64,000 nucleotides of DNA from Octopus vulgaris. Lineage: Eukaryota. The translations under genes were made by a program, and so were the position numbers. The notes under the pieces are model-generated. The model saw only the letters and a list, made by a program, of their open reading frames with translations, ran no database searches and was not told where the DNA came from. Position 1 is the stretch's first letter, and every line of letters starts with the position of its first letter. Shown in pieces: positions 1 through 11,986 of this stretch. The stretch is taken from positions 24,056,001-24,120,000 of the forward strand of contig OX597829.1 in the NCBI GenBank assembly GCA_951406725.2. The letters run 5' to 3'.

Positions 1-227
1 GTAGAAAGGATTATTATTATTATTATTTCGCGCAAGGCCAGCAACTTTAGAGGAAGCGGTTTAGTTGATTACATAGCCCCCAGTGCTCAACAGTCACCTA
101 TTTTATCAACCCTGGAAGATAGCGAAACAAAATCAACCTTGGCAGCATTTGAACTCGAAAAATAAAGAGCTGGATGAAGTGCTGTAAACATTTTTGTCCA
201 ACATATGATTCTGTCATCTCATCACCT

Positions 228-276
228 TAAACACACCAGCATTGGTTGTCAAGCGATGTTGGGGGGACAAACATAT

Positions 277-322
<46 letters not shown>

Positions 323-480
323 CGGACTTCTTTCAGTTTCCGTCTACCAAATCCACTCACAAGGCTTTGGTTGACCCGAGGCTGTAGCAGAAGACACTTG
401 CCCAAGGTGCCACACAGTGGTACTGAACCCGGAACTATGTGGTTGGTAAGCAAGGTACTTACCACACAGCAACTCCTGCT
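228..480 (-). mobile_element. SINE family A (tRNA-derived, internal TA/TG microsatellite), partial copy
   Basis: Reverse complement of the head and body of the copy at 28871, adjacent to a family B SINE at ~20-228. Confidence 0.85.
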
Positions 481-1743
481 AACGATTCTGCTGGCTCACT
501 GCTTTAATGATAATAATAATAAGAATTTAAGTTTTATGTTATTTTATATTTATTTAAGATTTTCAGATTTTGGAAGCTTAGTTTATGAAAATCTTAAGTT
601 GTAGTTTAAAGGGAGAATATATATTTATAAACATTTGTTGCATGCTCTTTAACTTCTCACTCCTCTCTTTCTGTTTATTTATTTATCTATCTGTCTATCT
701 ATATCTATCTATCATTACCACTACCTAAATGCTGTCTTCCAAACTAGCATCGTAATCTTTAAGATGTCTTATACCTGTCATCTCTTCTGGTTTCCACTGA
801 CTTCGAGAGGAAGTTTTATAATTGGATGTTGCCATATGTACAGCTTCTATCATATTTTCTATGCCATCTACCAGCTTTTTGGAGCTTGTGGAGAGAGAGA
901 GAAGTTACGATGATGATGATTATAATAATAATAATGATCATGATGATGACAACAACAAAAATTTTAAAGGTAGCAGCTTGTAGATGGCAGTTTACATGTA
1001 ACATTGTTGATATGTGGCTTCCTTCTATTACAGACAGACATTCTGAAAGAGATAACCCACTTTTTCCCTTCTCTCTTTTTTTTCCCTTCCTAATTTTAAA
1101 TCAAAGTGTTGCATGGTGGTGACGGGGAGCAGGGCAGGAAGAAAGTAAATCTTATTGATAGATGTTAAGAATTTTATACTTGATTTTTTTTCTTTATATA
1201 TATATGAGTGTAAGGTTCACATAAACAAGAGAAAGGGGAAGTTCCATCTATGAGGGCTATTTTGTTTATCAAAAAACTCGAGCAGCTAACAGTAACCACT
1301 TTTATTGGTAGTTCCTTAACTTCCTGAAATTTAGTGCTTCTCATTTTCATCTTATAGTCCAGAATATTTAAAAGTTGATTTCTTTCTTTCTTTCATTGGC
1401 CCTGACAATCCAAAAGTGACATCTTCTTTCTATATGTACTTTCTTCTTCTGTTCTGTTTCTTTAGATAGTTCAGAAAACTTTAATCTTTGAATCAAAGAC
1501 ATGTGGCGGGATCTTCCATTTCACAACTATACAAACTAATATTCTTTATCTTTCATAGCTGTAACTAATTCCAAACTCCTCACTCTTCTATTCTTTGTCT
1601 TCTCTACATTTCACCAAAAAACAGAAAGTAAACCTCTTTGTTTTTTCCTTTTATCTTTTCTTCTCTGTATCTCTCTCTCTTTACATACATGTGTGTGCAT
1701 GTCTGTGTGCATGGTGTGTATCTTTGAAGAAAAGAGCCCACTT

Positions 1744-1909
1744 ATGTCCTTAATATCTTGGATTCTACCCATGTCCACTTTATTCTTCAATGCCATGTCT
1801 TCGTTGGCTTATTCCGTATTGAATGCTTCTACCAAACTCTACAGACTGCTTTTAGGGCACAGAATTTTAAAAGTTGGAAGTTATTTACCGAAAAAGACTT
1901 CTTCTGTAG
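1744..1909 (+). CDS. Candidate alternative first coding exon A of the coiled-coil gene (MSLISWILPMSTLFFNAMSSLAYSVLNASTKLYRLLLGHRILKVGSYLPKKTSSV+G)
   Basis: Open frame (in-frame ATGs at 1699, 1711, 1744) ending GTA G|GTATGT, a strong phase-1 donor at 1909/1910. The split G joins AT at 49723 to give GAT (Asp) in frame. It lies in a SINE-free ~3 kb block. The start codon is uncertain. Confidence 0.5.
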
Positions 1910-3569
1910 GTATGTTCCATGTATCTGAAATATTGTTTTTATGCTAAAACCTGATTTTCCTTTCTTTCCTTACATATGTAGAAACATTGTAGAGTAATTT
2001 GAAAAATTGTAAAATTTAATTTATTTTGACTTCCAGTGTGTTCCATAAACTGACACTCTATATTTTTGATTTAGTGAATGTATATATTTAATAATGTTTG
2101 CATGTTGAGGTAAACTTGTGTTAGCGAAGGACTTTACACAAAACATCAAGAAGCTCTTTAATCACCACCACCACAAGAACAACTTCTAAATTTAACAAAA
2201 TAAGCAAACTTCACTAAACATGTTTATACGAACAGGGACCACCATCCATCATGAATTTCTTCAGGGGTTTTTTTTTTTTTGTAGTGGGGGCAGCTACTCA
2301 GGTTACCAAATTTCGGTATTCTAAACAATGTTTAATATTATGATATTGAAATTATTTTTCTTGTATCATGGGACGATCATTATATCAATAATAAACACAG
2401 GCACCAAATACAAAATACAAACCAAATACAAAAAGAAATATTTTTCTGTTTGATTTATAACTTTATTCTCTTTAAATTCTTGAAATTTGGGGAATCGTCT
2501 ACAAAGCAACAACCCACTTTACAATATTACTTTTTTTTTTCCATAATAATTTATTTAATCACTACAGTTATGTATTTATGCACCAATACCTAACTGTAGA
2601 CTTTTTTAAATGCTTTCTTCTAATATTTCCAAGTGGATTTTTGGCCAATTCTTTATTCATTTTGATATTTTCGATAACTTTAATTATATTGATTCACATG
2701 GTTCATTAGTTTCTTTTAATGAAATTTTATTTTTATTGTTAGTTTTTTTTTAGCATTTAGTATTGTTTTACCAATTTTAGTGTTTTCAACATGAAAACAG
2801 GAGACATCTTATCGTGTTAAGAAAATGTTCTTTAGTACTTTTCAGTGAATGTGTTTGTTACTTTACCAAAGTTAGAGCAGAGTTAACTTAAGTATTTTAT
2901 AAAACTCACTGGAATAGTGCCATAAATGCCAGTAGAATATATAACCATATTCTTAATTGGAAAACTTAAAAGACACTATTTGAAGGCCAAAACATGATAA
3001 TCCCTATGGGGGCGATAATCTTGAAGAATCCATCTGCTGGAGACCTATCAAAACTGATTCCTCCATAGTTGCAGATTCTCACTATTTACTGCCAGTTTAT
3101 CATATTTTGCATATTTCACTAAGATAAGTTAAACCCTTTTATCTCTTCATTTGCATACTTTTAATGATATTTTGTTATTAATACATTAATTTCTTACCTA
3201 ATTCACCTATCTTTCTTTGATATTATAGCAGGTGTGATGTATCTAAGAACCAGTTTCATAATCTTCCACACTCTTAGTAACCATATTTGTCTTTTGGGTT
3301 GTTGTCTGAAATATAAACTTCACTGAAATAGAAGTATTTTAATCTTTTTTCTAACATTTACTCAATTTAATTTATTCTCAGACATCTCTGAAAAACTGAG
3401 ATCAAATTATAATCTAGAACCAAAATATAATTAACTAACAGTACCACAGTATGAGAAAAAAAACTATGACAGAGCCCCTGTATAGCTATACAATTTGCTG
3501 GAAACAGCAGCCAAACTTCCATGACATCACACACTGTTATCTTACAGAAGAAAGAAAAAAATAAGCACG

Positions 3570-3945
3570 GCTCAGGTATGAATGGTGGTTAAGATGATCA
3601 CTTTGCAATTAAATTAGTTTCAGATTCAGTCCCAATGTGTAGCACTTTAGGCAAGTTCTACTATAGCCTCCAGGCTGACCAATGATTTGTGAGGGAATTT
3701 CAGAAAAGAGAAACTGTGTGGAAGCCTACCATGTGTGTATATGTTTCTCTTTGACCACCACCACTTGACAACCACTGTTGCTATGTTTATGTCCCTGTAA
3801 CTTAACATTTCAGCAAAAAGAGACTAATAGAATAAGCACTTGACTTAATAAGTAAGTGGTGGACCTGATTTTTCTAATTAAAACCCTTCAAGGCAGTGCC
3901 CCAGCATGGCTGCAGTCCAATGACTAAAACATGTAAAATAAGGTA
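3570..3945 (+). mobile_element. SINE family A, old diverged copy
   Basis: Degenerate match across head (ttcagtccc...ggcaagt), body and tail (ccagcatggctgcagtccaatgact). Confidence 0.7.
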
Positions 3946-4324
3946 TGGTTTTGATTAAAACATACTAAAAAACAGGACAGTAACCGCACATCGACCATTG
4001 GTGATTATCCTTCTTTGGACTTTTCCCTTTCTCCTTTCTAACAAAGAGCTTTACTCGAAAAGTTAGAAACTCTCTCTTTTCACTGAGTGTCAAATATCCT
4101 CATGTCGGTTTTTTTTTTCCTCTTTTCATTTTTTATTTGTATTTTTTTATTGCTTGTTCATTGACCATATATACATACTGTCAAGTAAAAAAAAAAAAGG
4201 CATGAGAATCATGGTTGGAATGTCTCAGATCTCATCAATCAGTACTTGGCAATAACAACAATATAGAATAATATTATTTACATTATTTACATTTGACGGA
4301 TATTTGTCCTCATCTTGTTTGTTA

Positions 4325-4369
4325 TTAACACGTTTCGGCTGATATACCCTCCAGCCTTCTTCAGGTGTC
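4325..4369 (-). ncRNA. Minimal type I hammerhead ribozyme-like motif (core intact, 3-nt deletion near cleavage site)
   Basis: Minus strand reads GACAC-CTGAAGA-A-GGCTG(gagggtatat)CAGCC-GAAAC-GTGTT, the mirror copy of 4626-4671. Confidence 0.65.
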
Positions 4370-4625
4370 TTGGGGAAATTTCGAACCTGGGTTCTCATTG
4401 CTAAGGTATTTTTCGATGTTATTACTATTATAATTATTATTATTATTCAGGTCACTGCTTGGAATCGAACTCGGAATCTTGGAGTTAGTAGCCCGCACTC
4501 TTAACCACTATGCCATATGCCCGGGCAAGATTCTGAGTTTGATTCCAAGCAGTGACCTGAATAATAATAATAATAACATCGAAAAATACCTTAGGAATGA
4601 GAACCCAGGTCCAGAATTTCCCCAA

Positions 4626-4671
4626 GACACCTGATGAAGGCTGGAGGGTATATCAGCCAAAACGTTGTGTT
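4626..4671 (+). ncRNA. Minimal type I hammerhead ribozyme-like motif (G12 mutated to A)
   Basis: GACAC-CTGATGA-A-GGCTG(gagggtatat)CAGCC-aAA-ACGT-T-GTGTT: stem I GACAC/GTGTT, stem II GGCTG/CAGCC, palindromic ACGT stem III. Confidence 0.65.
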
Positions 4672-5922
4672 AACAACAAACAAGATGAGGACAAATATCT
4701 GTCAAACGTAAATAATGTACATAATTCCTCATCTCTTAAAAATAGAACTGTAATATAGAATAATATTGTAATTTTTCAAAAAAGTGTCAAAGAATTCCTT
4801 CATACAAGTTGGTCTCAAAATATATCATTTAGTATGTATTAAAGGGATAAAAATTAATTCTGACATTAGATCATGTCACTTGCCAGATATGTACATCTCT
4901 GAAATTTATTTTTACCAAATTCTATTTAATATTAAAAAAAGAAAGGTGAGGTAAAATATATAATAAATAAAATATTGGTACTAGAGTATAACTACAAGAC
5001 ACAAATTTGTAGCAACCGATTAAAAATGCTTTCATATATTAGTGTTTATAAATATAAATTCTCTCATAGTTTTTATACTTGTCTCTCCAAAGCTATTAAT
5101 AACCATCTTTGGTACTTGATATATCTGGCTATCTTCCTTATATACAGGCCGTAGCTGTTGCGGCAAAAACAGATTGCATTTGTTTCTTAGCTTTCATATA
5201 TTACATTGCTCTTTTGTGTAGCATCTATTTCTAAATTTAAAACAAGACTTTACATAAGGGCTTAAGGCCTTATGTGAAGAAAGAAATATCTAAACTTAGA
5301 ATAAATATCGTAATATTCTGCTGTTATTTATGTCTCAGTAAGGTTAGTAGTGCTGTTGTTATCTATGTCTTGGGAATTTTGGTAATACCACAATATATAC
5401 TAGTATTACGTAGGTTTCTGTTATTTTGGTAGTGCCTACTATTGTCTATAGTAAGGTTGGTTCCTACTGTTTGCTATGTTTTAAAATAATCTAATTTGGT
5501 AGATTTATAATATACCACTGTTATATCTATGTGTCACTAGAGTAAGGTTGGAAGTACTATTATGTATGATTAGGTTAATGGTGTCTTTGTATGTTTGTAT
5601 ATGTATGTATATTTGTTGATACATACATATATACATACATACATGTAAGTGTAGATATGTGTGTTTATCAATAAACAGTTGAAGTTACTGAGTGACTCAA
5701 GGGCCAAGAGTTTCGTGCAATGATACTTGCTTTTTACATCACCAAACCTATATGCATATATACCTGTGCATATATATATCTGTGCATATATATATACCGG
5801 AGTAAACACATAAATGTGAAACAAGGTGGAAAAAAAGAGTACTCAAATACCAGTGGTAGAGTAATATGGTTTATTTAAAGCAGCAGAAAATTCAACAAGT
5901 TCAAGAAAATTGCTAGCAAAAA

Positions 5923-6005
5923 CTGTCCGATGAACGGCAACGGGAAACTCAGAGTAACAGATTTTGTTGGTCCGATGAACGGCAACGGGAAACTCCAAGT
6001 AACAG
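5923..6005 (+). ncRNA. Two tandem hammerhead-like motifs (CCGATGA core variant), 45-bp period
   Basis: Copy 1: CTGT-CCGATGA-A-CG(GCAA)CG-G-GAA-ACTC-A-GAGT-A-ACAG (5923-5960). Copy 2 has its core at 5972. The pair is enclosed by a 29-bp inverted repeat (5870-5898 / 6009-6037). Confidence 0.5.
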
Positions 6006-6037
6006 GTTTTGTTGAATTTTCTGCTGCTTTAAGTAAA

Positions 6038-6073
<36 letters not shown>

Positions 6074-8532
6074 GTGTGTATGTATGTATCTGTATGTAGA
6101 TATGTATGAATGTATATATGCATGTGTATATATATATATATATCATGTGACCGACCAGGCTATCAGATGTTGCTACACATCACTGGTCACAATGCGCTTT
6201 ACATTGTTTTAGCCTTCAAATGACGCCATGTGTGTGTGTGTTTGTATGTATATACGATGATATATATATATGTTTGTATGTATATCATAGTCACCATAAC
6301 AACCACTTCTCCTTGCTCATAAAGGTCAGCAAGAATTTGTTGAGGCACATGCCCTTCTTGTTGAAAATTCTCTCTTATTTCCAAGTAAAGGTAATATTTC
6401 CCCATGGCCAGACATGTTTTCACGGAAGATTGAAAATGACGACCACTATTTGTATGACATTGACATTTACTTACAAACTATCACGTGATGTCATGGCAAA
6501 GAGATGCACTCACATATGCTTTCTCTCTCTCTCACACACACACACACACGTTTGTGCATGTATGACCTTCAGGTGTAGATTCTTACAGAAGGTATGATGA
6601 AGGAGCAAGTTGATTCTTGATTTGCTGTGTTTGAGAAGATACATTCAGCTAAGTAAAAGTGAGACCCTAAAAGGCAAGTCATTTATGCCTCTGCCCTGCC
6701 TCCCCACCCAACCACCCACCTGACACATAATGTCCCTGTAAAATCTCTCCTCCACAATTCCCCTCCCCTTATGCTCACCACTCACTACATTTCCTTCCCC
6801 TCTCCCTTCAAATCTTGCGATCTAACCTGCACACAATCTGTCCTTCACAAATCACACACACACTCACACAATATGGCTTCCTAACATCCACTCCCTCTAC
6901 CTGTCTTCACTCACTGCATTCCTCCCCATTCTGTCTCCCACTTACCTGCTTGCTCACTTTATCCAATCCTCTGTGTCCCTTCCCTTATATGTAATCCTTC
7001 TGTTACTTGAGAGTATGCCTTGACACAACTTCCCCACCATCTTCCCCCTCTTTTCCATCCAGGGTCACTCTGTATCTCCTCTTCTGCAAGACACCTGTTT
7101 CTGTCCATCTGTCATAATTTAACCTCTCATCACCTGGCACAAAGTCACCTCCCTTAATACTTCTCCGTCTCTCAGTTGAGGTGGGGACTTGTCTGGCAAG
7201 ATACTTGGTGGCCTCACTAGTGCTGGTGCCTCATAAAAACCACCCAGTACATTCCATAAAGTAGTCGGCATTAGGAAGGGTATCCAGCTGCAGAAACCAT
7301 GCCAAAGCAGACAGCTGACTTTGATGCAGTCTTCTGGCTTGCCAGCTCCTATCAAAGAATCCAACCCATGACAGCATGGAAAGCAGATATTAAATGATGA
7401 TGATTATAGTGATGGTGGTAGTGGTGGAAACAGCATCTCTGCTAGATGGAAACTTTCAGTTCTTGTCTACCAAAATCCTTCTTAAGGCTTTGGTCAACCT
7501 AGGATTATAGCAAAAGACACTTGCCCAAGATGTCACGCTGTGGAATCGAACCTGAAACCACGTGGTTGAGAATACTGCTTAACCCACCAACAGCCAAGCC
7601 TGCACCTTATGTGTGTGTATACATATATAAAGCATGATTGTTTGTGTGTGGTATAAATTGGTTCTTCATCTCTGTAGAGTAATGTTGTATTGTATTTTCT
7701 GCCTTGTGGGGAAAAGAAAATGCAGTCCTGTTTATTTATTTATTATTTTATGCTATATAGAAGAACAATGAGTTAATGTATGTAAGATGTGCGTAATGTT
7801 ACTACATCCTAGTCATATGCAATGGAGTGGGGGAGAAAATGATGTGTACTTGTTGCGGGTAATCTACAACAACTAAACAGTATTAATTAACCACCCCTGC
7901 CTATATCCCTACCCAACTTCTTGCTAATGTGTATATAATGAAGTTAAAGTGAACAGCCGTCAAAATTATTGACAGATGTATACAGGAGAGGAGGCAGTGG
8001 TGATAGTGAGGAGGAAGAGGAGGGATTAAAATATGAGCAGCAGGGATATGGCTTTTGCTTTTCAGTTCTGCTACTGGACCTTAAATTATTTTGTACAGCT
8101 GTGGCAATGATGGGCACCTCTTGCTGTAGGCATTATAATTTTGTTTTGGCGAACCTACATATGACATGTTTCGGCCCATCTCCTGGTGCTCAGTTCTTTT
8201 CCATACTCTCTGCAAGTAGAGATGCTGTATAATGCATAGTTGCTGCTACTGCTGCTGTTATTATAATAGTAGTAGCAGTCTCAGTCCACACAAGAGTTAA
8301 ATGGTACCACAATGTGTCAGTAGTTGTTCAAGCAACTCAGTAAAATCCAAGATCCGAAAATTGGATATTTCCATATTTGATGGTCAAATGCTATTCTCTC
8401 TCTGTGATGGATCGTTATAATCCAACTGACATCCCTAACATAACCATCCTTTTTTATAACAATATTATATCCATAACTGAGTTATCCATTATGTATGTGA
8501 TGTGTGCGTGTGTGTGTGTGTGTGCGCACATA

Positions 8533-8815
8533 CATCATCATCATCGTTTAACATCCGCTTTCCATGCTAGCATGGGTTGGACGGTTCGACTGAGGTCTGG
8601 GAAGCCAGGGCTGCACCAGGCTCCAGTCTGATCTGGCAGTGTTTCTACAGCTGGATGCCCTTCCTAACGCCAACCACTCCGTGAGTGTAGTGGGTGCTTT
8701 TTACGTGCCAGGTGAGGCTGGCAGCGACCACGATCGGTTGGTGCTTTTTTACGTCCCACTGGCACGGAGGCCAGTCGGGGCGGCGCTGGCAACGGCCACC
8801 TTCGGATGGTTCTTT
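8533..8815 (-). mobile_element. Family C 3' fragment
   Basis: Reverse complement of 61950-62221, starting with (CAT)n. Confidence 0.88.
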
Positions 8816-9379
8816 ACTAACAAAATGGACTTCTTTCAGTTCCCATCTAACAAATTCACCCACAAGATTTTAGAGGCTATAGTAGAAGGTGCCAAGAAGT
8901 GGGACTGAACCCAAAACCAATATTTAACCATTTTAAGATGCTACAGTGAAGTTTTAGCAAGATTTGTTTACTAGTTCTTGAAAATCAAGCGACCACCTAG
9001 AGCCCCACCCCAGCCCCCAGTTCCATTTTGCTGTTTTATATGTTGTAGGTAAATGGCAGAATCAGTAAAATGCCTTATGGTATTTGTTACTATCATTTTA
9101 TGTTCTAATTTCTGTGTTCAAATCCCACCCAAATCCAATGTTTTTGACATACTTCCAAGGTCAATGAAAATAATCACTGCAGGTTAGTTTATGCTCACCT
9201 TAGCAAATGCTGTTATTCCAGTGTGGCTTTATTCAAATGGTGGGAACCATTGAAGAATAAACTCTAAATCGGGTTTCCTTATCTATATCAAATATTTATT
9301 TTACCATTTTATTCTGATGAATGGTTTAGGCCGAACTTGCACTATTTATTCTGTGGTAATTGGGTCTTTCATCATACTG

Positions 9380-10185
9380 ACACACACATACGCATGCTCA
9401 GACATATACACAGATGTATGAGCACACTCACCTGCATAGACATACTCATATACATAGACATGTATACACAAACATACTGACATACAGAAATATTCATACA
9501 CATGTGCGTGCGCACATACACACACCCCTTGTTCACTCAATTTTCTATAGTTACATTCATACATCTATAATGAGTGTGGTGTGTGTGTATATAAATGTGT
9601 GTGTGTGTGTATATATATATATATACACACACACTCAGACATATACACACCTTGTTCACACAATTTTCTATACTTGCATTCATACATCTATAAACAGTAT
9701 GTGCGTATGTATATATATACACACGCGCGTGCGCACACATATACACAAACACACACACACACATATATGTACCATGACTGTCATTTGCAGTAGTTTGATA
9801 CTTCCACTAATACATCTATAGACACAGTCATATACATGCATACACATACATTCATCCACTCATTTATATACATAATTATCTACACAAACATATGCACATA
9901 TACGCATTAACGTTCATAGTTTAATATGCCCTCACTTGTATACACACATGCACACACTTGATTCTATAATTATGTATGTGCACACATGCACAATCTATGC
10001 AGACAATTATGCATTCACATAAACGCATCTATACACACAATTATGTACATACACGCACATCTCTACACACAGTTATGTATACATATACCAATACCTGTAA
10101 TTACACACACAAACACAAACACACAATCCTTTATGCATACATGCCCAGACATACAATTATGTATACACACACAAGGTTATCTATA
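9380..10185. repeat. Degenerate CA/TA-rich low-complexity tract with internal ~50-bp duplication
   Basis: CCTTGTTCAC.CAATTTTCTATA.TT.CATTCATACATCTATAA occurs at ~9527 and ~9650. Confidence 0.85.
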
Positions 10186-10283
10186 ATTTGATTATAGTTT
10201 CCAGTTGACTGATTAAAATTCTTTTTAGATAAACTCTTGGAGATAATGGGAGGAAACCAGCAAGTAGTCAGCACTTATCCAAG

Positions 10284-10314
<31 letters not shown>

Positions 10315-11175
10315 AAGTTGCAAAGAATCAGTTATTAAGATAAATATATAACGTCATATCATCACATCTATTTGCCATTACCCTTCCTCCCAGCAGCAAC
10401 AAACTGGTACCAACCAGGCAGGAGGAGAAGGATAAGAAAATATATAATTTCTGCAAAGGCTTACAGCTGGGTTCCATTCTACCTTGTACATATCCATTCC
10501 TGTTGCCGCTGCCGCCGCCACCATCAGCAACGACAACGATTCACTTTCTTAATTCAATCTTAATGTTTATATGTAAAAGCCAAAAAAATCTTCCTCACCA
10601 AGCTGTGGTAGTGGTAGAGCTTCATTCTATCCAAAGGCTAACACAGTCTTGGAGGAAATAATCTAAATAAATTCTTTCCTCTTTTACATTTCCATGCATC
10701 TTTGTCCTTGATTCTCTTCCTTTGTTTCCTTCTTCTTTCATTCTCTCTTTTCTCTTTTTTCTTTTCACCTTATTTATTCATTCCTCCTTTCTGCTATTCC
10801 TGACTCCTGTAGCTAATTTATTTATTTATTTATTTAATAAAATATAAGACATCTGGTAGAAATTATGGAATAGAACATGTATGAGAGAGAAAGAGGAGGT
10901 GAGGCGACCAGCTGGGAAAGAAGTGGTCTTGAGGTCAGGAGATGGGTTGGTAATGAGACAGAACTTTACACAAATACTTAATATAGTAAATATATACATT
11001 TATAATGTTTGAAATGTCACACAGGGTATACAAATTTTAAATAAACAAACAATTTTAGCCTTCCAGATACAGAAACAGAAACCGGAATCAAGTTCACTAG
11101 TTTCCAGTCTTCTTAAACCTTTATCAGAGAAAGATTATACATCTTCTGTTAACAAGCAGATTGGTAGTTTATAGT

Positions 11176-11494
11176 TATTACCTCCGCCTTAGTGAAGGTG
11201 GAGGTATTGTTTTCAGTTGTGTTTGTTCGTTTGGCTGTGGACGAGATATCTTGAGAACCGCTGAATGGATTCAGATGAAACTTTGAGATCTATGGGCTCA
11301 TGACTGGCACAAACTGATTAGAATTTAGGATTGATCCGGTACCGGAAAAGGATTCTGGATTTTTTTTTTTTTTTTTTTGAGGGCAGTCGAGTTTATTTCA
11401 GATATTCTTATTTTAAAATTCATCTCTGGCAAATCATTGAGAGGACATTGGTGTTGCCTTGGCAGAGGTTTGCACTCTCTGAGTGTTCTTGTTT
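11176..11494 (+). mobile_element. Helentron-associated non-autonomous element (HINE/DINE-1-like)
   Basis: Subterminal inverted repeat ACCTCCGCC ... GGCAGAGGT, short 5' hairpin, GTTT-type microsatellite, 3' stem-loop GCACTC-TCT-GAGTGT, T-rich flanks. Confidence 0.7.
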
Positions 11495-11712
11495 ATGATG
11501 TATACAAACTCTGGTACATCTCAAGTCTGTCTATTTTGCATTACAGTTATGAAAGTCTAATGAGATTAAAAACCAGTCAGCTCAGTTCCAATGTTTTTGT
11601 CCACATAGAGATAATACTACAGTGCTTATTTTTTTTTTATTCATGGCTAAATTACACTTATTAAAAAAAGGTCTAACTTGCATTTCACATAATCCAAAAA
11701 TACTGTGTAGAG

Positions 11713-11986
11713 CAATGCTTCTCAAACTATCTGATGGAGCATACTGGCAATTTTGTTTTCCAGTGTGCCAAGGACTAGTAATATTAATTTATACTGGAAA
11801 CACAATATAATGAATATAATAAAAGTTGACAACTTTTTTTCATCATATTTATTTTGTAAACAAATAATACAATATTACATAAGCATTTTATAATGTTTCT
11901 ATCTTTTCTGGAAACTCGCTGTGTATTGGCAGCTGATGGCTCACGGACCAGCACCAGTTCGCAGACCACCACTTTGAGTAGGACTG
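11713..11986. mobile_element. hAT (Charlie-like) MITE
   Basis: TIRs CAATGCTTCTCAAA / TTTGAGTAGGACTG and a perfect 8-bp TSD GTGTAGAG (11705-11712, 11987-11994). Confidence 0.85.

Larger units (their letters stand above)
4276..4751. mobile_element. Palindromic (head-to-head) tRNA-headed retroelement with Penelope-type hammerhead tail, 16-bp TSD
   Basis: TSD AATATAGAATAATATT at 4260-4275 and 4752-4767. Inverted arms ~4276-4480 and ~4527-4722 around GCCCGGGC (4519-4526). Minus-strand tRNA-like head 4522-4448 with A box TGGCATAGTGG and B box GAGTTCGATTCC. Confidence 0.85.

Noticed and set aside
9313-9340. CTGATGA...GGCCGAAC hammerhead-like string
   Set aside because: No GAAA, weak stem II, and no stem I or III. 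Likely chance.
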